DNA of 64,000 nucleotides, taken from Nymphaea colorata. Its lineage: Eukaryota. Made by a program: the position numbers and the translations under genes. The stretch's first letter is position 1. The number at the start of each line of letters is the position of its first letter. The notes beneath the pieces are model-generated. The model was not told the DNA's origin. It did not search any database and saw nothing but the letters and a program-made list of their open reading frames with translations. Positions 1 to 17,699 of this stretch are shown piece by piece. The stretch is taken from NCBI RefSeq assembly GCF_008831285.2, contig NC_045138.2, positions 21,080,001-21,144,000 on the forward strand, given 5' to 3'.

Positions 1-805
1 TGTGAAAGGACATAAAAAGTCCATTGCTCCCATTTCATGGAGGATGACGACTGTGATTGTGTTCTCAAAGATGCCATTGCAGACATGAATTCCAATTACA
101 AAGAGAAAGCTTTAGGATTCAATAATTTCCTTTAAAAGTCCTGTTTGGCAAAACTAGTTGGGTGTTTGTTGCCCAGCACAAATAATTCCCCTCAGGGCAT
201 ATGGATGGACAAAAGGTCAAATTCAGAGACCATACAGGATAAAGAGAATTGCGTTCTACTATAAGTAGGCGGCTATAGTTAACATAGTGTCATTTTCATT
301 ACGCTCAAAGGAAATGATGAAGAGCACTTGAATGTAGACGAACATCTCGTTTTACGTTCCGCTTTCGACGCCAGAATTTGACACCTTATTGAAAATTCAA
401 GACTGCATGAAGAACTCGAAAAAGTTGACCTGAACCAAAATATCCTTGCAATCCTTTACCAAATTTCAGCGTGTTCAGATCTTCACCATCGGCAGCATCA
501 AACATATTCGCCATCAATTCTTACTCTTTTTCTTTTACTGTATCTCACAATTATTCTAAATAAAAGATTGATAACTACATGCAGTTGACCTCTTTCTCTC
601 TCCCTTTCTGCCCAACAAACTTGGGAATAAGTGAACTGCACAAGAGGTTTATTGGCATTATGATAAACAAAATATGTTACAATCTACTTAAAATTCTAAA
701 GTGAGGGGCCATTCAATGCATGATGACACTGCCAAGCTTCCGGTACAACTTTCATCAGCCTGTACGATGGTTGCACCCACAATGATGCAGCCATTGTCAA
801 TGCAC

Positions 806-2293
806 TCACAGGAGTTGGACGGCTGCAATTGCTGGTATCTTCTCCCGCAATCTCTGAGTTACAGCCACACGGACGGTCATCACTCCTGCAGCTGGTCCGG
901 TTATTCTGATTTTCACAATTGGCTCTTCTATTTTGACAAGCTCCAGCTCACCACCACCAGTTCCCCCAAGATATGGCCTGATTTCTTCGAGTACCTGCAT
1001 CGCAAAACATCCTTTTGAATAATGAAAAGTAGCAAACAATTCATCGCAAGCTGCTTCTTCCGATTCTAGTTCATCACCGTTAATTATAATACTTGTTTCA
1101 ACACAAGATCTGTTTTACATGAAGAATGAAATCCCACCCCTCTTTTTCTTCATTCAAACTATGTCATGAATATTTTGGTACATGATTATTATTCCAGAGC
1201 CAAAGCAACAAATTCATCAGTAGCTGACCTGGGTCCACTTGGTTCTCAAACTGTAGCCTTCACGTTTCCCCACGTTATAAAATAAAAAACAGGCAACCCA
1301 CATAGAGCTTACAATGGCGTTCAGGCCTAGAAGGCTCCTTCAGCTTTGTTCTCAAACCATGGCATTGATGCTTCTCCACATTATAAACGAAAACAGGCAA
1401 ATGCACATGTAACTTATAAATAGCACTTAGGTGCCTAGATGACCGTGTAAACTGGAAAAGTGGAAAGAACCAAGTTGTCAGTGACATGCATAATGGTATT
1501 CAATGTTTTACTGAGCTTTTATCATTTATTTTTTAATTCTTAAGTGTTAAATTTATATATTTAAAGTTGATTTTTCAGAACTAATTGTGGTCTTGACTAG
1601 GCATTGGACAATCATTCCCAGGACTGGGACTATGCCTTCTAATGGTCTGGCGACTAAGCATTAACTAGCACCTTTGACTAAAACTTCTGCTTCCCAAGAT
1701 CAGGCAAGTCACATAAAGGTGCTGTGATGAAGGTGATACCGATTCCTATTTCTTTCCTTTTCTAATTTCCCAGTTTTTGTCAAGATGGGGTTAGAAGTAT
1801 AGCGACCAGATTTAACTAGTTATTGGAGTCCACTTCCAACCCTAAATTGTGATGCCCTTGTCAGCAACTTAGCACTAATAGAAAGGATATCATGATATCA
1901 AATGATTGGACGCAAGAAGAGCTGGATGCCCTGAATCATGATGCAGATGGAGCTCACAGTGAAAGCTGATGCGTAAGCTGAAGTGACCAAGAAAAAAGGG
2001 ACTGCACCAGAGGATGACAGAAGAAATCACCAGAATAACATTCTTCATTCTATTATTGCATTCACATGATTGATGTCTAGATAGAACTAAAGGAATAATA
2101 AAAGATTCATGATTTCATTCTTTTGTTTTTGAAGGATACAGAATTTTGTTTAGTGTTGTCTTCACATTACATGAGTTATTAACGACTTGATTTACTGACA
2201 ACAGAATTATCTTTATATTGTTTCCCAGGCTTGACATGTTCTATCAGTCTGCATCTGGTTCACTTGAGCTCCAGCAGTTTCATTGTGTGTATA

Positions 2294-2351
<58 letters not shown>

Positions 2352-3223
2352 GTTTTCCATGTCTCACTTTTCCATATATTAAAATCTTTGGATGAACACC
2401 TTATAAAGCTAACTAATACACATATTCTATATGACCTTTTTTTCGACCGTCTATCATCCATGGTCTAAATATGGGTAATATTTGGAAAATATCATAATTT
2501 TATCTCCAACAAAGACAAAGAAAGATATATTATCAGGAAACATTGCGATATACCCAGAACAGATTAACAAAGAATATCAGTGACAATATTTTTCCCCTTG
2601 TTAGAAAATTTCTTTTGTTTTATTATACTTTATATGTATTTTAAGTGTATATTTTCTATCTAGTTTCCTTCAAATATTTTAGTTTTACTGTTCGTCAATA
2701 TATCTGGTTAGAAGAAATTTTATAATTTCTTAAATTTAAATTCTCTTGGTATATTTTTAGTTGATTGAGTTGTCAAGAATTTTATGAGAAAAACAAAATT
2801 CTAAAAGAAGTACCATACAAAACCATCACAACAAAATCCCAAGAACAGCATTTGGGACTATGGTTCCATCTCATAAGTTCTTAAATTCTTAATGGTAATC
2901 AGGATCATAAGTATCATCCATATTGTATGATACATTATCATATGTAACATAACCATACAGAAATGTGAAATATTATACCCTTGTAACTAGTTACAGCATA
3001 TTACAGCCCATATCAGATGATACAATGTCTGTGCAAATTTACGTGGATCCAAACCCTTTTCTCGGTTTTTGGATTAAAAATTGCCCGCATAACTCTTAGA
3101 CACTATTAGGAGTAGTGTATGCTATGTCACATGGGTGCGTGATGCGGGTGTTGGTGCGGGATGTGTCAAGTTCCAAAAAAAATTGGGTGTGGGCGCGGCA
3201 AAAGCATATAAATAAATAAATAA

Positions 3224-3268
<45 letters not shown>

Positions 3269-4306
3269 ATTTGTTATATAAGTAATTTTATTTGTCTATA
3301 TTTTTAAACTTTTTTTTTATCTAGGTTACCTTGAATCTATATACCAATGAAAACTCGGTCAAAACATTTTTCAGAACAGCCAAAACTCACTTGATGCCGT
3401 GTCGGGTCGCACCAGCACAGTGCGCCACCATAATTGGTGCACCCGTGTGATTTAGAGTGTATGGGGGAGTTTTTAATGTTTTGAGGATGAAAAAATATCT
3501 TTTGAGATCAAATATGGACTGAGAGGTTGATATTGCATTGAATAAACAACGCATTTACTCATTTGAATGAGCAATAGGCCCCACACATTAAGAGGAACCT
3601 AGTGGAGCAACAAATAGTGAAATAAGAGAACCTAAAAGAGCAGAAAGACCTAACAAAGCCATCAATTCTTTGGTGCAGGATATATATACATTTACTCTTA
3701 CCTTGATTATTCTAACAAAATCATCTACTTGAAGTTTCAACTTATTTATGGACTTCAAGTTTACATTCATCTGACGAATGTACACTGTCTCAGTAAAATG
3801 AAAATTTCATATCTTATATTTCCATTTAATTGGTGTTTTATATGCATCATTTATTACCTTTTTATATAACTCGTGCTCATGCAATTCACGAGTTTTCATG
3901 GGAAGCATTTTTCCTTTTTTTCCTGATTTTTTTTTTGTAATTCTTCATGAGCTTTTCATGATCTTTTTATTATTTATTAAGAAATTTGTGACTTTTTTTG
4001 TGTTACGTACGTTACCTGTCTAATTATTGGCCCGACAGATACCCATTACATATGCACCCTACAACAATGGTAAAAATGTGTTTCCACTGATCATGCATAT
4101 ATGCAAGTCAGAGCTAAGGAAATTAAGAAGAGAGAGGCATACTCGAAAATTCAATAAACACATCAACAACACATGTAGAATGCGGGCTAGTGCCCTTCCT
4201 CTAAGAGAAGTCATAAAAGAAGGCAAAAAAGATACATCTTCACGTAAGTGTCAGCCAAGCAGAAAGGAAGCTTTCATTTTTAGGTGCAGCAAATTCAATA
4301 TAAATT

Positions 4307-4353
<47 letters not shown>

Positions 4354-7300
4354 TGTTACTTCTATTTTAAACAAGGTCAAGTCCTGAAATTACATTCTGC
4401 AGCTGAAAATTAGTCAAAAGAACTAGGCTTACCTCCGCCCTAGTCTCTGAAACATGGTAATAATTGCTTAGTCTACCAAATAAGCATATTTGCTTGTCCA
4501 AGAAAAATACTTGGTCCATATAGTATGAAAGTACTTGAATTGAAAAAAAAAAAAAAAAAACTCAAACAATGAAGATATTTTTGTGGTATTATAAGCTAAA
4601 CATGCACACAAACAAGTCCTAGAGCACCTCTGAAAGACCCAAAAGCAGAAACCTAAATATCATCTAGGTGGCATGCTAATGCACAAAGTTTAGTATTCTC
4701 CATGCATAATTTTGAATTATCCATTTAGATCTCATGATAAACAGAACTCAGATACCTTGACATTGGATTGGAATTAGGTATGAATTTGGCCGTGAATATT
4801 CCCAGATGATTAGACAATCATTTTGCTGACTGTATTTTTCCATTTTCTAAAATAGTCAAGAAAAGACCCAGAAAGGTTCCTCCATTTCATTGGCCTTGCA
4901 TGAAGAGATGACACTCTAAACTTCAAGTTCTTAATGTGATTCAACTTGAATCCATTAAACAATAAATCCAACCCCAGGGCTGCACCATATCATGGACTTC
5001 TCAAAACATTATATTTATATTGAAGGATTTTACCTTCATTAAATTGTAGCTTAAATTTCAGCCATTAGTTCATTGAAAAGGGTTATGTTCTTCCACAACA
5101 ATTCTAGAAACAAAAATGATACATCATGCTTCTGTGTGTGCAGATGCACGTGTCCTTGTGTGTGTGAGCGAGCGAGAAAGAGAGAGAGAGAAAGAGAGAG
5201 AGAGAAAGAGAGAGAGAAACTACTGAGTGATATCATGCATGTAATCTAACACCAGCCTCCAAGAAATTATTTATGGCAGTTCATTGCATCACAAAGTGCC
5301 AGAACACATAATTACCACAAGAACAAAGGCCTTCAAAGGGGTTCCTATAAGTTACCTTCTCTATGTTCTCTTCGTTTAGCTCAAGACCTCCTGTCTCTTC
5401 ATCTGCAACTTGCTCAACAGCAAAAATTTCTGGGATCCTTTCCATTAGACGCCGTTCAATTCCCATTTTCATAGTCATGACTGAACTTGGACAAGAGCCA
5501 CAAGCTCCTTGCAATTTCAACCTGACAACATTGCCATCTATCTCATGCAAAGCCACATTGCCTCCATCTGACATAAGATAAGGTCGCACTTCATCCAACA
5601 CTGATTCAACATTTTCAGCTGTAAGTGGCAACCCCAATGCAGATTCAGGTGTCGCAACAGCCTTAATTCCTGCATAAACAAAAGAGTCAAACAAATTCAA
5701 CACTCATTTGATATAGAGGAAACCAATTGCATAACTTCCTTTGCAGTAACTTTATAAAATCCATTTGAAGTTTTAAACTCAATCACAAACTAAATCAACC
5801 ATTTTACAAAATGCAATGAAAGAGGATGTTGGCTTCCCAAACATAATCACATGGTAATTCCCCAATAAAAGAAAGACACTCACAGTGAACATAGCATATC
5901 ATAAGTTAAGAATATAATACTCAGGACATCAGACATGTAAATTATACATACATATAAACCCAGAGTCACAAAATTTGGTCCTTCATATCCCAGCAACAGA
6001 AATCTCGTAATAGATATAGGTATCATAAATCTGAAGAAATTAAAAAACACACAAAAGAAAAGAAACAAACTCAAAATATAGGGGGGGAAATTTTAAATCC
6101 ATTATTGACATAAACATAAAGTAGCCTGAAAAATTGATGCCAACTTGACTTTTTAAGTTTTAAATCTTCTCCAAGAAAATTCTCTACTAGTCTGATATTC
6201 TCAATGTAATAATCGACACACTCAATACCTTTATATTTATTGGACCAACAATAAAGCATTTTGAGGAATTGACCAACTGAACAAGAAAGTTCAGAATTTT
6301 GAAACTAGTTTGACAAGACCATTAGCTTGAGATTGGTACCACAAGATTGGCTGTCGTAATGAAGCTTAAAATAGATTACAGCAGATGGACATGAATCATT
6401 AAGCAAATAAGCTAGACAGTAATAAATCCTTTTGAAAGAATACTTATAGAAATATGTGATCAACCATTTCGTTGAAAAAAGGACATAATAAAAGTTCCAA
6501 AAAAGATTATTATTGAAAACCAGATATGAGAAAATGCATGAACAAGAGGAACACATCCTTAATACAATAAAAAACATATTTCTTCTTTGACATTGTTTCT
6601 GTGTCACTTAGCTTTAATTAATAAAACTAGAGCCCAAAGCAAAACCAGGGAACCAATCAAAAGGTAAACAACTTAAAAGGAACATTCATGACAATGGACC
6701 CACTTTAAACAGATAATTCCAGAAAGGGGATGGGATTGTCCTTTATAAACCCTAAAAAAGAAGCATCATTCTCAGATTTAAAACTTATGACTGCATACAT
6801 GCATCTGCAGAGTACTTACCCTGCATTCACAATTGGGAAAGAAGAAACCATTCAACCAATGAAAATTTGCAATGAAGCCATCTTCTATAAGAATAGCAGT
6901 TTGAAAAATATATCTGCGTGTGAAATTCAAAAGAACCTATAGATATTGGAGACTTGATTAAAAAGGAAATGTCCACAGATGTTAAGACTTCAGGCAGACT
7001 GCTTTTAGCCAAGAAGTTTCACAGTGTTAAGACCTTGTCTGATATTAACAAGTGTAATCCAAGAAGTATATCATATTAGCCAGACTTCGACAATCTATGA
7101 AAACAATACAAGATAGAAATCATCCTCTCATAAATAAAAGTGAATACCCCGGTTCGAAATCAAAGAGAAAGACAATCGTCCTTACTAGGGAACTAATCCT
7201 CAAACAATTAGCAACTCACTTTATGCTGCAATCAGTTTCCCAAGTGAAAGTAAAATTCCAAAGGGCATCTACACTTTCTTCTTTGAAGATGGCCCGGAAA

Positions 7301-8494
7301 AATCGTCAAAAAAGAACAAGAGAAGAGAAGCCGAGGGAGCCTCGCCCTATAGGTTTCGCAACACAAACAAGAAGAGCCTTGACCTAACAGTCTCGGGGAA
7401 CCTCGCCGGGATCAGGGCGCCCAAGCGTAGTTCAGCGCTCAGGCTAAAAAACGCGCCCACAAAGGTCTCGACAAGCTGAGCTCCGAAAAGGGCCCCTCTC
7501 TGATAAGGAAGGAAACGACATAATCTAAATTTCCTCTCAACGCCCCATTTTAGAGTCATTTCCACGATTTGAGCAACTCTCGTGGAGCAACAGGTATTTG
7601 ATCCAGCGGACTGAGTTTGAAATTATTTGAATACATTGGGGAGAAAGAAACACTTTTAAAGAATGACAATAAGAGCAAGAGACAACGATAAAAAGAAAAA
7701 TACTTCTAGAGCCTACGAACTAGCCGGAAATATACCAGTTGAAAAATTAAGTTTACTAATGTATGCCGGTCCGATGCGTCACAACTCACAAGGAGCAGGC
7801 TGAGGGTTATAAGCAAATTATTTCCAATAAGTCCAAACTCGTAAATGTGATTCTTTTGAGATTCCCAGTTTCCATTGTAGCAGAATGGAGTTTCCTTGTT
7901 TGAGGCTGAGGGTTAGTCACTTCTTCCATTTCATAATAATTTCCAAGTTAAAAAACACAAGCCCCTTGGCAGCTGTAACAAATTTTTACCCTTTCCTCAT
8001 ACTCCAGGAACAGTTCCCAAATCAACAACTCCATGGACAGATTACCCAAAGAAAAACGTTGACAAGCAAAATCAATTAGCTCGGAAAAGATCGGCGAAAA
8101 GGAGAATACCCAGTCAACAATATGAGAGTAAACTCGAAGATACGCATAAAATGAAACACACGGACATGAGAGAAACACACAGGAAATGATGAAAAGTAAG
8201 AGGGAAAATGAATTTTTACCACACTGCCTTCGAATCGTCACGGCACGGAGACGACAGTAGGAGTGATTTGGAACCACGAATCCCTTTGTCCTACGGAAGA
8301 ACCTGAAACTCGAATTCTGCAGCTCCAACGAAGTAAGAATGAATCCAATATACATAAGGAGAAAAACTTTTTCCCAATCCATGAAAAGGTGGGGATCAAA
8401 CCTTGGCGAGAGGGAGACAGGCAGAAGCAGCAGCAGAGGAAGACGAAGAGGCCTCGAGGGCTTGCCGGCCCATGCAGCAAGACGGTGCCGCCAT
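806..8494 (-). CDS. NFU2: Chloroplast NifU-like Fe-S cluster carrier NFU2; exons (minus strand) 8494-8402, 8316-8220, 5669-5356, 994-806; 230 aa
   Basis: Exon 3 encodes the NifU domain with CGSC ([50 protein letters not shown]). Exon 4 encodes the degenerate second NifU repeat (VLEEIRPYL...[22 protein letters not shown]). Exons 1-2 give a Ser/Arg-rich transit-peptide-like N-terminus. All junctions are GT-AG and phases add up (93+97+314+189=693 nt). Exons 1-2 are less certain than 3-4. Confidence 0.92.
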
Positions 8495-8527
8495 TGCAGC
8501 CGCCAACGCCTGCCCACCTCTCTCTCT

Positions 8528-8564
<37 letters not shown>

Positions 8565-9520
8565 CTGTGTCCGTTTCCCGGAAATTCCCCGAAATTTGTG
8601 ACGCTACGGAGTCTGAAAGGGTGAACACGGGACCCACTCACCGCTACCCAATGCAGTAGAAAGTTCAAGGGACGGCGCCTTCCTAAGAAATTTTGTGGAA
8701 GCATGAATTTATCCGTCTTTGGGACCAAGTTCCACATGGGACCCTCGGTCCTGTGCATGAGTAATTTTTTTTTCCACAAAAACACCACATAAATACATGC
8801 AAACCGCCGTAAAATGTTGAATTGAAAATTCACATATTTTTTATGTTCACCTTCCACACTTCGTGGACTTAACAAATTAAAACTTTTGGATGAGTTGAAC
8901 GAGTATTTCATCATATCATTGAGTTGAATGTGTAAGCCCGTCTTCCAAATATTTCTACTTGCCTCAACTATGCTTCATAGCAAACCTAAGACTCTACGTT
9001 CTTGAATCCCTATGAAATTTAACTTACATATTAAAATGCTACCACCTTTTAGTCAATCATATAGTTTCTAATATTTCCCGGTTCTGTTGACGAACTGTTG
9101 ATGTTCTAACTCACATGAAATCCGATTTACATGCAACTGATGTTTTTAATCATATAGTTTCAAATATTTCCCAATTCTTTGTGGGCAATCTCCAAAAGAG
9201 AGCCATCTTCAATAAAATGGTCAGACAATCATCAAACAACTTGAAGGTTGGACGACCAAATCAGATTGCATGCATAACACAGCTTATAAGGCATAGGCAT
9301 TATCACACAGCATATGCTAGAGACGTAATGATATTTTGAACATAATTTGGATATGCCAATGCTACATAACTTTTCATTACAAAGCATGCTTATGTTACTT
9401 CATGTTGTTCTCATAAAAAAATCCTGATCTTTTAGCATCAAATTTTAGCTGATATGAGTGTTGTTGACAGAATCAGAATGGTTCACTTGGAAAGATACAT
9501 CTGAAAAGCTAAAGTGAAAG

Positions 9521-9522
<2 letters not shown>

Positions 9523-9609
<87 letters not shown>
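9523..9609. repeat. (TA)n microsatellite between NFU2 and GNAT
   Basis: Pure TA run of ~43 units. Similar runs lie near 2290, 3231, 4310, 26345, 28514, 42600 and 48973. Confidence 0.95.
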
Positions 9610-9612
<3 letters not shown>

Positions 9613-10278
9613 GAAGACAATCCTAATATGATATGCCAATGTCTATATGTATATTTATATATTTGAAATTCGAAAGATGAAAAAGAAAACAAATACGGCA
9701 ACCCAAGTTGCAAGAAGGGAGAAAGAGGGCCACAAAATTTTGAGATGGCCTGGCTCCATCCCTGTGGATGGGAGGGAAGGAGAAGGAAGCAACTTGGAAA
9801 GTACTTCCACAGTTACGTGATAGCTTGTGAATAGACGAACTTACAAGTATTGAACCACGAACTCCCACTCATTGCCTTCTTTGTCTTGATTCTTATGGGA
9901 ACAAACATTTTGTAGACGCGGTGCTTCGATGCAAGTTAAAATAAAGAGTCGCTTTTTTTTTTGTTTCTTCTTATTTCACCACCACCTCTCATGCCTGTCG
10001 TCTCCAGAGTCGGGATTCACAGAACATGGCTCAGATTTTTTTATAATTCAAAAAAATCAATCGTGCAGTGGGTTGTGATAGCGATCATGATTGATGCAGC
10101 GGTAATTCGTATTTATTACTCGAAAGAACACTACTCCCAGCAGATTTGAATCGGATGTAATTGGTATATACAAAATAGTTAAGTATTGTTCTGTTTGCCG
10201 AACTCATCATCAATCGGCAGTAATACGCTTTTGAATTAACTAGCAATTTTAGAAAAACGAAGTTAAGGTACCGGTTAA

Positions 10279-13932
<3,654 letters not shown>

Positions 13933-15148
13933 ATTTTCTGTTTCAACTGCACTGCAGCTGCCAAAACTTTGTTAGCATTGTTCGGTTGGCCGACCATGAA
14001 CTTTTTTGTGCTGAGTTTTTGCAATATATGTGCCAATAATTGTCTTTGATTTTACGGGCATCACATGAAAGAGAATGTACTTTGCTTGAGACAGTTGAGG
14101 TAAATATTTAACTGGCTGATCAAATATATAACTAAGTTATATTATGAATATTTAAGTTGGCCTTGACAATGTGAAAATGAAATACTGTCCTCCTAACATG
14201 TCGAGATGTCGAAGTGACTGGTCTAGCTGTTTCCTCTTTGTCATGAAAATAAGAAGCACAAAGGACGGCCTTTTTGTACTTCCTTCCGTTGGATATATTC
14301 CTAGGCAGTTGCAGAATCAGAAATCTCAGGGTGGCGCAGGTGCATAGTGAACCAAAGAACAAATCACTTGTAAACTAGACTATCATATGTGAAGAAAAAG
14401 CAAATCAAATATATTTTATCTCCAACGGTGGATCAAGACGATGCTAACGAAGCGCCACAGTTCATGCTGAGCTGTCTTTAAGCTCAAGGATCTAGAAACC
14501 AACAGTTGTGGAAGTTGAAACAGGATGGTACTACGCATGGAACAAAAGCTAAGGGCACCAGTCAAAATTAAACGTGTCCAAAGCTGAGAGATCTTGCATC
14601 TCTTTTCCCTTCAACCTAGATTGTTACCGGCTTTGGCAACTTCATTACAAGTTATGAAGAAAATTTCATTTTAAATAGTCTCCATTGGCTAGAGCTGTTT
14701 TCATTAGGCACAAGAACTCAATAGATATGGCTACCTGTATATAATGGATAGATGACCATCTTTTGACTAAATGCTTGAAAATTTCTCTGTATAGAACATA
14801 TAGGCGCTTCAGGCATGAATTTGACTCAAACTAACAAGAAATCCTACAAACAGTTGTAAGGTATGTAAAGGCATGTGAAGTGCGGGTACCCTGTCTCAGA
14901 TGAAAGCTTACACATGCAGAAGTACAAATAGAACTCTAGCCAGTCCAAGTATGTAAAGCAATGCTATTATAAATTCAGTATAAAAACAACAGCTAAAAGA
15001 TTGACAGGACGAAGAGGAATTACTTCTTCTGCAGATTGTTAACTTGGGTAGATGCCTTGATAAAATCAATCAATGTATGGCCACAAGGTACAGACGTACG
15101 GTAGCCAAACATCTCATGGTACAGATAAAATAGTAATAATTAGACAGG

Positions 15149-15273
15149 AAAATACTATCATTTTACATGATTTTGGTATTCTCATTCCAAGCTTTGCTGA
15201 AATGCAAACAAAAAACACTATCATTTTACATGATTTTCGTCTTCTAATTCCAAGCTTTGCTGAAATGCAAACA
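15149..15273. repeat. Direct tandem duplication, 2 x ~63 bp
   Basis: ACTATCATTTTACATGATTTT...TTCCAAGCTTTGCTGAAATGCAAACA occurs twice. Confidence 0.85.
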
Positions 15274-16099
15274 TCATTATTGTCCTTTTATAGATTTTTT
15301 TTTTTTGCTTTATTGGTTGAGCTCTTTTGAGATTTTAAAAGAGAAAGAAAACACAGAGATCGGCAGGGTGGACACAGCACTTCGTTCAAATAAAATAGAA
15401 AACGTAGTCGACACAGAAAATTAGAACAAGCGAACCTCAAACATTTTCCCCCACCATTGAAGGAGAAAGGGGCACGAATTGTTGCTGAATGGTAATGACT
15501 TTCCATCAAGCATGCTTTTGCAAATTAGATTCTTTCAGACTCTTTTGTAATCATCGTCCTGAACGCACAAGAGAGAGAAAGAGTATAAATAGGAGGAATT
15601 AGTATATCCAAGGCCACTTAGGTGAGGGGACAAAACATGCCAAAGGATATTTTAAACAAAATATAAATATTCTATTATGCTTATAAAGACTAATTTAACT
15701 TAAAATGTGTTAATTAGTTTGATATGTCATAGGAGCCTTTCAGTTTTTATTACTATAAAAATATTATTAAAGCATGTTAGATTGCATAAAATAGTATTTA
15801 GTAAGAATTTTGAAGAGTCCAGTTTTTGTCCTCGACCTAGTGGTATGGGATCTATCAATTACTCTATATACAAAACAGGTAGGTGTCAGTATTTTTGGTG
15901 TTAGATTCATCAAGAATGATCTTAGTCATTGACTTGGTTTAGATAGATTATTGAAGAAAAAAGAAGAGAGGAAAATAAAAATATCTAGATAGATTGTTGT
16001 AGAAAAAAGAAGAGAGAAAAAGAAAGACATTTTAGTTGTTACGATGTCTGGCCCAAAAAAGAAAAGATATCGGGCCCGGAAAATGGTGCAGATTTCATT

Positions 16100-16300
16100 T
16101 TTTAGGGCAAGTTCTTAGGACAATAGCAGTGTGCTACTGTTGTCAAACCGCCTTTAAGGGGCCGTTTGGAAATAGTTACTGTCTCATGATTCCAGCCCAA
16201 AAAATAGAGTAGATTCATGGAACACTTGGGACAATGACTCATGAATTTGCTTCATTTTTTTTTTGGCAAGTTCTTGGAACAAGAACAGTGTGTTAAGGTT
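16100..16300. mobile_element. Adjacent Tourist-like MITE remnants
   Basis: TIR-like TTGTCAAACCGCC (16140-16152) is followed by TTTAA and GGGGCCGTTTGG (16158). Internal sequence is related to the 16888 MITE and the 118-bp array. Outer ends are uncertain. Confidence 0.5.
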
Positions 16301-16887
16301 TTCTAACAGGCTTTTATTCCTTTTAAATTCAGAGTTCCAAAGCACAAGGATTGTAGGATATCTATATATATATATATATATATACATACATGATATACTT
16401 ATTTGTTGTTAATACAATCACATGAACTGATTCATGAAAACATTAAATTTAGTTTTTTGTATGAGTCCAATACAACAAACTTTAGTTTTTATTTTCTTGT
16501 AAAAGTACTGTAAGATTACGCCTCACTTTTAAAGGGGTATTGAGGACATGCTCAGGCGTGAATACGTTCCATTTGAAGATCCGAATTGCATAAAAATGCA
16601 GTTAAATGAAAGAACTGCAACTTACAAAATTTTCTTGTTATACCACCAAAGGTTAATCATATTTTTGTCAATTTTTTCTTTGCTTATTTACATATCGTGC
16701 CTGTTTTTTACCGCTTCATAATGGAGCTAGCGTTCTTGGTGCACAAGATAGAAATTTCACACCCTGGAAAAAAGGTCATAAGAACTTGTCCGCGCTGATA
16801 GTGTATTTTACTGTAATTTGAGACTGTAATTGTTACTTTTCTTTGAGATACTGAATCTTCATTAAAACCCATTTTTTGAATCCTTTA

Positions 16888-17032
16888 GGGGCTGTTTGGC
16901 AATAGCAACAATTTTCTATTGCTTGAATTTGTCTTAGCAGTTGAGACAGATTAGTAAAACACTGTCTTACAGTATTGCATGAATTTGTCCAATCTTTGGC
17001 GCAAGTTCAGAAAACAGTTGCCAAACCGCCCC
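16888..17032. mobile_element. Tourist (PIF/Harbinger)-like MITE, 145 bp
   Basis: 15-bp TIRs GGGGCTGTTTGGCAA / TTGCCAAACCGCCCC (14/15), flanked by TTA / TTC. Confidence 0.75.
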
Positions 17033-17269
17033 TTCGGGAGGAAGCTGTCAAAAATCATTAGATCATAGTCTCTATGACTAGAGCAGTTTATATGTTAACC
17101 CCGATGTTTAACCAGGTGAGCTTGGTTAAGTGTCCATGCTGGTGCAGGTTTTCACACCCTCCCTTCTCACAACCATAACACCCAAATCGCCTTCTTCAAG
17201 ACTCAGGAGTTACAAATTAAATATTATGTTTGGTTTGCCAATATGGTTATAATTAATGACCTCTTCACT

Positions 17270-17699
17270 CTCATAAAGATCGTTAACCGAACATGCTACA
17301 CTCTGTTATAGCCTTGGAGGTGATACCCTTGTCATGTTTTAACTTGTATGTGGCCTCATAAAGATTGTTAACCGAACATGCTACACTCTGTTATAGCCTT
17401 GGAGGTGATGCCCTTGTCATGTTTTAACTTGTATATCAGTGGCCTCATAAAGATCGTTAATCGAACATGCTACACTCTGTTATAGCCTTGGAGGTGATAC
17501 CCTTGTCATGTTTTAACTTGTATATCAGTGGCCTCATAAAGATCGTTAATCGAACATGCTACACTCTGTTATAGCCTTGGAGGTGATACCCTTGTCATGT
17601 TTTAACTTGTATATCAGTGGCCTCATAAAGATCGTTAACCGAACATGCTACACTCTGTTATAGCCTTGGAGGTGATACCCTTGTCATGTTTTAACTTGT
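17270..17699. repeat. Tandem repeat, ~4.9 copies of an 89-bp unit
   Basis: Unit CTCATAAAGATCGTTAACCGAACATGCTACACTCTG...GTATATCAGTGGC starts at 17270, 17355, 17444, 17533 and 17622. Copies are near-identical. Confidence 0.95.

Noticed and set aside
2213..2468. ORFs with YIYIYI runs (also 9445-9639, 4027-4413, 49388-49804)
   Set aside because: Translations of (TA)n microsatellites.
7948..8914. 229-aa and 172-aa minus-strand ORFs as stand-alone genes
   Set aside because: They are NFU2 exons 2 and 1 extended through introns, UTR and a (GA)n tract.
17270..17699. Regular repeat array as a possible CRISPR
   Set aside because: Units are contiguous with no unique spacers, the context is eukaryotic and there are no cas genes.
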